Positions 59,658-64,000 of a stretch of DNA of 64,000 nt are shown piece by piece. Origin of the DNA: an uncultured Bdellovibrionales bacterium (GTDB taxonomy: Bacteria > Patescibacteriota > Minisyncoccia > Moranbacterales > UBA1568). The stretch is from positions 135,059-199,058 of the forward strand of contig CAYTED010000001.1 of the NCBI GenBank assembly GCA_964436855.1, given 5' to 3'. The stretch's first letter is position 1. Every line of letters starts with the position of its first letter. A program made the translations under genes and the position numbers. The notes beneath the pieces are model-generated. The model ran no database searches, was not told where the DNA came from, and saw only the letters and a list, made by a program, of their open reading frames with translations.

Positions 59658-60359
59658 ATGACTGATCGTCGAATACTCGATACAGCAGTACCACATATCG
59701 AAGACGTCGTCTTCCAAGCAAGCTACGCGCTCCACGACGACGCCCGCACCGCAAAAAGCTTCGAAGCGCTTTTGCGACCGCTCGAAACTCTGCATGGGGC
59801 ACGTCGCCGGACCGATCTCGCTGAGATCACTCGCGCCGTCCTTACCAGAGTTTGCCGAGAAATAGAAGGCCGAGAAGGAATCGCTCCCATTCAGGTCAAC
59901 CTTCCGCCGAGCGTACTCTCGTTCAGAAATATGCCTCAGGAAATCACACAAATCGTTGACCGCTACCACGTTCCGCACGGTCAAATCGGCCTCGAAATAC
60001 TCGAACATCCGTTTCATTGGACGCTTCGATCGCGGGAAGCGGCAGACGTTCTCAGGAGAACGGGCTTTTCGATTCTGCTCGATGACTACACCGGCGAAGA
60101 CTGGCAAAACGAAGTGCTCCAAGGCTTCCCTTTCGATAAGGTCAAAATCGACTGTTCGATAGTCCGAAATCATGGGCTCAAGAATACCTTCAATGCTCTT
60201 TCCGTTCTCGGCGTGCGAAATATCGTCGTCGAAGGAGTGGAAACACGCTTCGAGCTCGAGGAAGTTATCAAAGCTTCAAGAAGACATCCCGAGATGGATG
60301 TGCTCATTCAGGGATTTCTCTTTTCGACGCCCGAACCGGCCGAACGAGTGTTTCATTAG
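59658..60359 (+). CDS. Stand-alone EAL-domain protein
   Basis: FQ, FEALLR, VNL, LEILE, LDDYTG, KVKID, VEGVET, IQGFLFSTP; AAGGAG RBS. Confidence 0.85.
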   Translation: MTDRRILDTAVPHIEDVVFQASYALHDDARTAKSFEALLRPLETLHGARRRTDLAEITRAVLTRVCREIEGREGIAPIQVNLPPSVLSFRNMPQEITQIVDRYHVPHGQIGLEILEHPFHWTLRSREAADVLRRTGFSILLDDYTGEDWQNEVLQGFPFDKVKIDCSIVRNHGLKNTFNALSVLGVRNIVVEGVETRFELEEVIKASRRHPEMDVLIQGFLFSTPEPAERVFH

Positions 60360-60412
60360 AGCGCACGCCGAATGCATCACCAGTATCGGGAAAGCAAACG
60401 CAACCGATACGA

Positions 60413-60446
60413 AAACGCGAGGATACTGTCCCCGCGTTTCTTTTTT
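60413..60446 (+). terminator. Probable intrinsic terminator after the EAL gene
   Basis: AAACGCG..CGCGTTT stem followed by a T-run. Confidence 0.5.
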
Positions 60447-60491
60447 ATCTCTCTATGAAAAAAATCACCGGACAACCGCCACAAACACGCT

Positions 60492-61055
60492 TTATCCCTC
60501 TTTCAACTCACCAGCACTCTTGCGCATGAGATCGGTAAGTTTTCTCACGGTATTCACATTCCGCGCCGTCATATTTTTATACAATGCCGTCCCGATAAAA
60601 TCCCGCATACCGCTTTTCCCATACTGCTCCCTCGAGACATTCCACAGAATCGCGCCAGGCACATACCGGACCGTATCAACCCCTTTGGCAATACGGATAA
60701 GCGACAAACTCTTCCGACTATCGTACTCCTTCCACAAAAAAAGAATATCGCTTTTTTGTTCAGTATCATTTTGCCACTGCTTGGGAATGGCGGCGGCGAT
60801 TTTTTCAAAAGACCGCCCGCTCCGTACGACGACCGGAATCCGAAAACCAAACGCTGATTCAAGTTGTTTCTCGATTTTCTTCGCCAAATTCTCTTCTTTC
60901 TCTTCCTTCGATACAAAAAGGACATTGCCGCTATTGATATACGTAGCAACATCGCGATAACCGGCTTTTTCAAAACACTGTTTGAGCACTGACATCGCCA
61001 CCCGATGTTTCCCACCGACATTGATCCCTCGCAACAAGGCAATATACTGCGACAT
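60492..61055 (-). CDS. DUF1697-family protein
   Basis: YIALLRGINVGG, VATYINSGNVLF, MTARNVNTV. Confidence 0.9.
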   Translation of the reverse strand: MSQYIALLRGINVGGKHRVAMSVLKQCFEKAGYRDVATYINSGNVLFVSKEEKEENLAKKIEKQLESAFGFRIPVVVRSGRSFEKIAAAIPKQWQNDTEQKSDILFLWKEYDSRKSLSLIRIAKGVDTVRYVPGAILWNVSREQYGKSGMRDFIGTALYKNMTARNVNTVRKLTDLMRKSAGELKEG

Positions 61056-61071
61056 AAATATTTCGGATGAC

Positions 61072-61428
61072 TCAAAAAGATTGCGTTGTAATTTTTTCTA
61101 TCTGAAAAAATTTTTTCGTAATTGCAAGCGCTCTTTCTTCATCAAACCCTTTGCAAGTATAGATAACTACCGATAAAAAACGTGCAGAAGACCAAAAATA
61201 AAGTGAAATTCCCGAATCAATTAATGGCACAAATGCGTCAAATCCCTGATTTTCTTCCTTCCCCTCCCCACCGGGAGAAAACACGATAGGCTCACCATAC
61301 ATTCTGAGCGAAAGACCGCTGGTAACCTCTTCAAAAAACTTCACAATAATATCACGGTCAACCGAAATACCCACAAAACCCTCTATAACAAATCTCTGTC
61401 GAAAAATATCTGGCGCCAAATTTTCCAT
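61072..61428 (-). CDS. S-adenosylmethionine decarboxylase-like fold protein (divergent)
   Basis: G..AFVPLIDSGISLYFW..FLSVVIYTCKGFD resembles the L.ESH.S.HTW..D..TC motif with substitutions. Confidence 0.6.
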   Translation of the reverse strand: MENLAPDIFRQRFVIEGFVGISVDRDIIVKFFEEVTSGLSLRMYGEPIVFSPGGEGKEENQGFDAFVPLIDSGISLYFWSSARFLSVVIYTCKGFDEERALAITKKFFQIEKITTQSF

Positions 61429-61452
61429 AAAACTTTCTGATAGTATTCAAAA

Positions 61453-61884
61453 TTAGTGCAGGCGAACGTTCCCCTCGGCATCAATCTTCCAAAAAGGATT
61501 GTGCGCCACTTCCCACAAGTGTCCGTCCAGATCCGCGAAATAGCCGCTATACCCACCCCAAAACACCTTCTGTCCAGGTTTAATAATTTTTGCCCCGGCC
61601 TGCTCCGCGGCACGCAGGGTCTCGTCGACCGCCTGCTCCGTTCCCACATTATAAGAAAAAGCCGCCCCCCGAAAGCTCCCTTCACCGGTATCAGAAACGC
61701 CCGCATCTCGAGCGAGCGCCTCCCGACGGAAAAGAGAGAAAATCACATTGTTCAGCTGAAAAAACGCCACCGAAGGATCGGGAGACTCGGCCTTCCACCC
61801 GAGCCCGTCGCGATAAAACGAAAGCGCCTTCTCAACATCCTTCACCCCAAGCGTTACCATGCTGATCCGCGGTTCCATAATCAT
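61453..61884 (-). CDS. VOC/glyoxalase-family protein
   Basis: ISMVTLGVKD..FY..LGW, FWGGYSGYFADLDGHLWEVAHNP. Confidence 0.93.
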   Translation of the reverse strand: MIMEPRISMVTLGVKDVEKALSFYRDGLGWKAESPDPSVAFFQLNNVIFSLFRREALARDAGVSDTGEGSFRGAAFSYNVGTEQAVDETLRAAEQAGAKIIKPGQKVFWGGYSGYFADLDGHLWEVAHNPFWKIDAEGNVRLH

Positions 61885-61934
61885 TTTTTACGATTTTATT
61901 CCTCAGTAAAATAATATATCACGTGCGGTGAAAT

Positions 61935-62430
61935 ATTACACTTTGCATGAACCCATTTCGAATGAAAGGGCTGATCACGCCTCGTCCACTCTCTTCGGTC
62001 GCGGTACAAAACCCAAAATTTCCTTGCCATTTTTTGCGCGGTTCCTCCCCTGACCCCTCCGCCACAAAGCGGAAAGAAGGAAGGAAATTTTTGGTTTGTT
62101 CCGCCGCTTCACTCCTCCAAAAGGGCTAGTAAGTAAAATATAGCATTTTCTGTGGCATGGTGCCGCCCTTTCTCCGTCGTTCGCGTCGGCCCGAGGTGCT
62201 TCCTCTCCGCGTTTGGTGGTAGTTTGAGAGTTCGCTCACACTTCGCAGACACCTCGCACTGGCCGCTCACATTCGTTCGCGATGCCTGCTCGGTGCTTGT
62301 CGTGTTCGCTCTGTGACTTCGGCGATGTCCGTGGTAACTCTTTGTGCTTGCCCCACCCGCCCTGTGCGCGCACAAATCCCCGCCGTTTTTAGGAGATATT
62401 ATAAAACGGCGGGGTTGGCTCCCTGCAGTT
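61935..62430. other. GC-rich, multi-hairpin non-coding block
   Basis: Imperfect long inverted repeat 62001-62025 / 62081-62104; TTTGTGC/GCACAAA at 62341-62376; perfect CCCGCCGTTTT/AAAACGGCGGG at about 62379-62413. Confidence 0.5.
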
Positions 62431-62439
62431 CTATAAATT

Positions 62440-62988
62440 TTATAGGTTCTCCAGAAGCTTGTTGTAAGTACCAGCAATATCGCCCTCTAACGATTCGACA
62501 ATTTTCGTGTTTGCGCGGTTGGAAACCATAAGCATCATAGCCTCGTACATTTGCTCTAGCTTCTTTTCTTTCCCTCCCAAAGTAACCAAGCCTCCTGGTC
62601 TAAATCCATCTTGATAGCCTTCCGATTTACCTCGTTCTATAAATCTTTGAATCGAGTTTTCTTTTGAGGTGGCGAGCAAGATTTCAAAAAAATCTGCCTT
62701 ACACTCTTTAGCAATACTCTCCAGACTTTCTATGTATTCTGCTTGAGTAAAAATTTGCGAAATCACCACATCGTATCCCGCTTGTAAGTGAACTCGTGCC
62801 ATTTCACCCGCAATCTTTTTAGCAAGTGGTCCCGAAATCTCTTTTTTCTCGCGAAAATTACTAATCCATCTTCTCACTTCATCAATATCCAATTTTAAAG
62901 TAAGAGGATGCTCCTCAGCGTATTTCTCAGCTAAGGTAGACTTACCTACTCCTAAAGCACCATTCAAAATTATTAGTTTTGGTTTCAT
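62440..62988 (-). CDS. P-loop kinase (AAA_33-like)
   Basis: LIILNGALGVGKST, LDIDEVRR, GYDVVI. Confidence 0.8.
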   Translation of the reverse strand: MKPKLIILNGALGVGKSTLAEKYAEEHPLTLKLDIDEVRRWISNFREKKEISGPLAKKIAGEMARVHLQAGYDVVISQIFTQAEYIESLESIAKECKADFFEILLATSKENSIQRFIERGKSEGYQDGFRPGGLVTLGGKEKKLEQMYEAMMLMVSNRANTKIVESLEGDIAGTYNKLLENL

Positions 62989-63515
62989 AACTTGTTCTTT
63001 AGATTTATGCCACCTAAAAATGCTTTAGCCTGTCTAACTGATGTAAATTTAATAATTTTATGCTTATCCTGTACTTGCGCTAGGAATTTGTTAAGAGAAA
63101 TCGCTTCGCCTTTCGTCCAAACGAGTTTCAAAAATTTCCAGTCAAACATTTCGGGGCTTCCCTCAAGCTCGGGGCGAGGGTCTTTGCGGTGTTTGAGCCA
63201 CCTTTTCAAGTAACGGACAGTAGCGACTATAGGCGGGTAATCAAGATACATAATTGTATCTGCACGTTCAAAAAGAAAGGTGCGAGCTTCTTTACTGATA
63301 TATCCCTCAACAATCCATTCCTCTTGCGCCCCGATTTCTTTTAATTTCCTTACCGTCTCTTCATCACCAATATACTGCCATCCTGGATTCCACATAATTG
63401 AATCCATAAGAAAAAGTGGCAACTTTGTTTTTTTCGAAAGTTTCCTCGCAAAGGTTGATTTACCTGAGGCACTGACACCTACTATTACAATTCTTTTTCC
63501 TATTTTTGTCTCCAT
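62985..63515 (-). CDS. FlaR/topology-modulation-like P-loop kinase
   Basis: RIVIVGVSASGKSTFARKL, D..W.PGW, WIVEGY, ADTIMYLD.P. Confidence 0.85.
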   Translation of the reverse strand: METKIGKRIVIVGVSASGKSTFARKLSKKTKLPLFLMDSIMWNPGWQYIGDEETVRKLKEIGAQEEWIVEGYISKEARTFLFERADTIMYLDYPPIVATVRYLKRWLKHRKDPRPELEGSPEMFDWKFLKLVWTKGEAISLNKFLAQVQDKHKIIKFTSVRQAKAFLGGINLKNKL

Positions 63516-63520
63516 ATATT

Positions 63521-64000
63521 CTAGCGGTCTGCGTGAATTACCTCGCCCGTTTGGTATTTGTTTTCCGTCAAAATCTCAACGACCAACTTTCCGATATCTT
63601 CAGGAAGAGTTAGTCGTCCTTTTTTTGAATCTTTAAGAACTATTTCCCTCATCTCTTCTGTCATCCAACCTGTATCTGTAGGACCTGGATCAAGAGAGTA
63701 TATGGAGATGCCTTTTTTACTTAATTCAGGTGCTAACTGTGGTGCCAGCATTTCAAGAGCTGCCTTGGTAATAGTATAAGGAATTTTGTTTTCTCCCATG
63801 CTTCCAAGAGATTGTCCAGAAGTCATATTGATTATGCATCCTCCCTTGCTCCTTTTTACAAACTCTGTGACGAGCATAGTGACAGCACGAACATTTACTT
63901 CATAGTGCTTATCCAATATCTCTGGTGACAGCTCAACAAAAGGAACTTCAAAATCATGGCAAGCGTTGTTAATAAGGATGCTCGGGACTCCTAATTCACT
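63521..64000 (-). CDS. SDR-family oxidoreductase; 5' end outside the window
   Basis: The frame stays open to the window edge (..ILINNA..); IINMTS, YTITK (YxxxK), PGPTDT. Confidence 0.88.
   Translation of the reverse strand, partial: SELGVPSILINNACHDFEVPFVELSPEILDKHYEVNVRAVTMLVTEFVKRSKGGCIINMTSGQSLGSMGENKIPYTITKAALEMLAPQLAPELSKKGISIYSLDPGPTDTGWMTEEMREIVLKDSKKGRLTLPEDIGKLVVEILTENKYQTGEVIHADR

Noticed and set aside
59461-60480. c-di-GMP riboswitch beside the EAL gene
   Set aside because: Hairpins exist, but I could not match the GEMM two-stem consensus; the downstream hairpin looks like a terminator.
62109-62531. ORFs 62109..62477 (-) and 62313..62531 (+)
   Set aside because: Non-ATG starts, overlap with the kinase gene, and unnatural composition arising from hairpin-rich DNA.

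Overview
Chromosomal segment, mostly on the minus strand, that looks like a Patescibacteria/CPR (Parcubacteria-like) genome. This is inferred from the gene inventory: archaeal-type pyrH, a VirD4/TraG-like ATPase pair, a sigma70-r4/HARE-HTH fusion, a PaaX/Cas2-like protein and an extensive type IV pilus locus. Genetic code 11 fits. In order, the window holds: a split PEP-synthase-like cluster with a histidine phosphatase; pyrH and proS; a proteostasis block (inactive HtrA paralog, CIRCE-controlled clpB, active HtrA, PPIase); a coupling-type ATPase pair; redox genes (msrA, msrB, dsbB, menA-like) with queH; five tRNAs; gatB; a dTTP-synthesis cluster (dcd, thyA, folA, tmk, dut, two kinases) interrupted by a 950-aa orphan; rplA, rplK, nusG, secE; gatA, gatC, ligA; a full type IV pilus locus; clpC and comF; and an accessory tail. 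The most unusual signals are: (i) a PaaX/Cas2-like gene bracketed by two copies of a ~40-bp palindrome, in a small island that also carries a MITE and a PEP-CTERM gene; (ii) two tandem pilin genes whose variable regions are almost identical in DNA while their conserved 5' ends are heavily and synonymously diverged; (iii) an unannotated ~135-nt rod-shaped RNA resembling 6S RNA; (iv) short palindromes and heptamer repeats inserted in frame in enzymes and nested inside each other; (v) a ~500-nt structured non-coding block at the edge of an AT-rich island. All calls are by eye from sequence motifs; no database searches were run.
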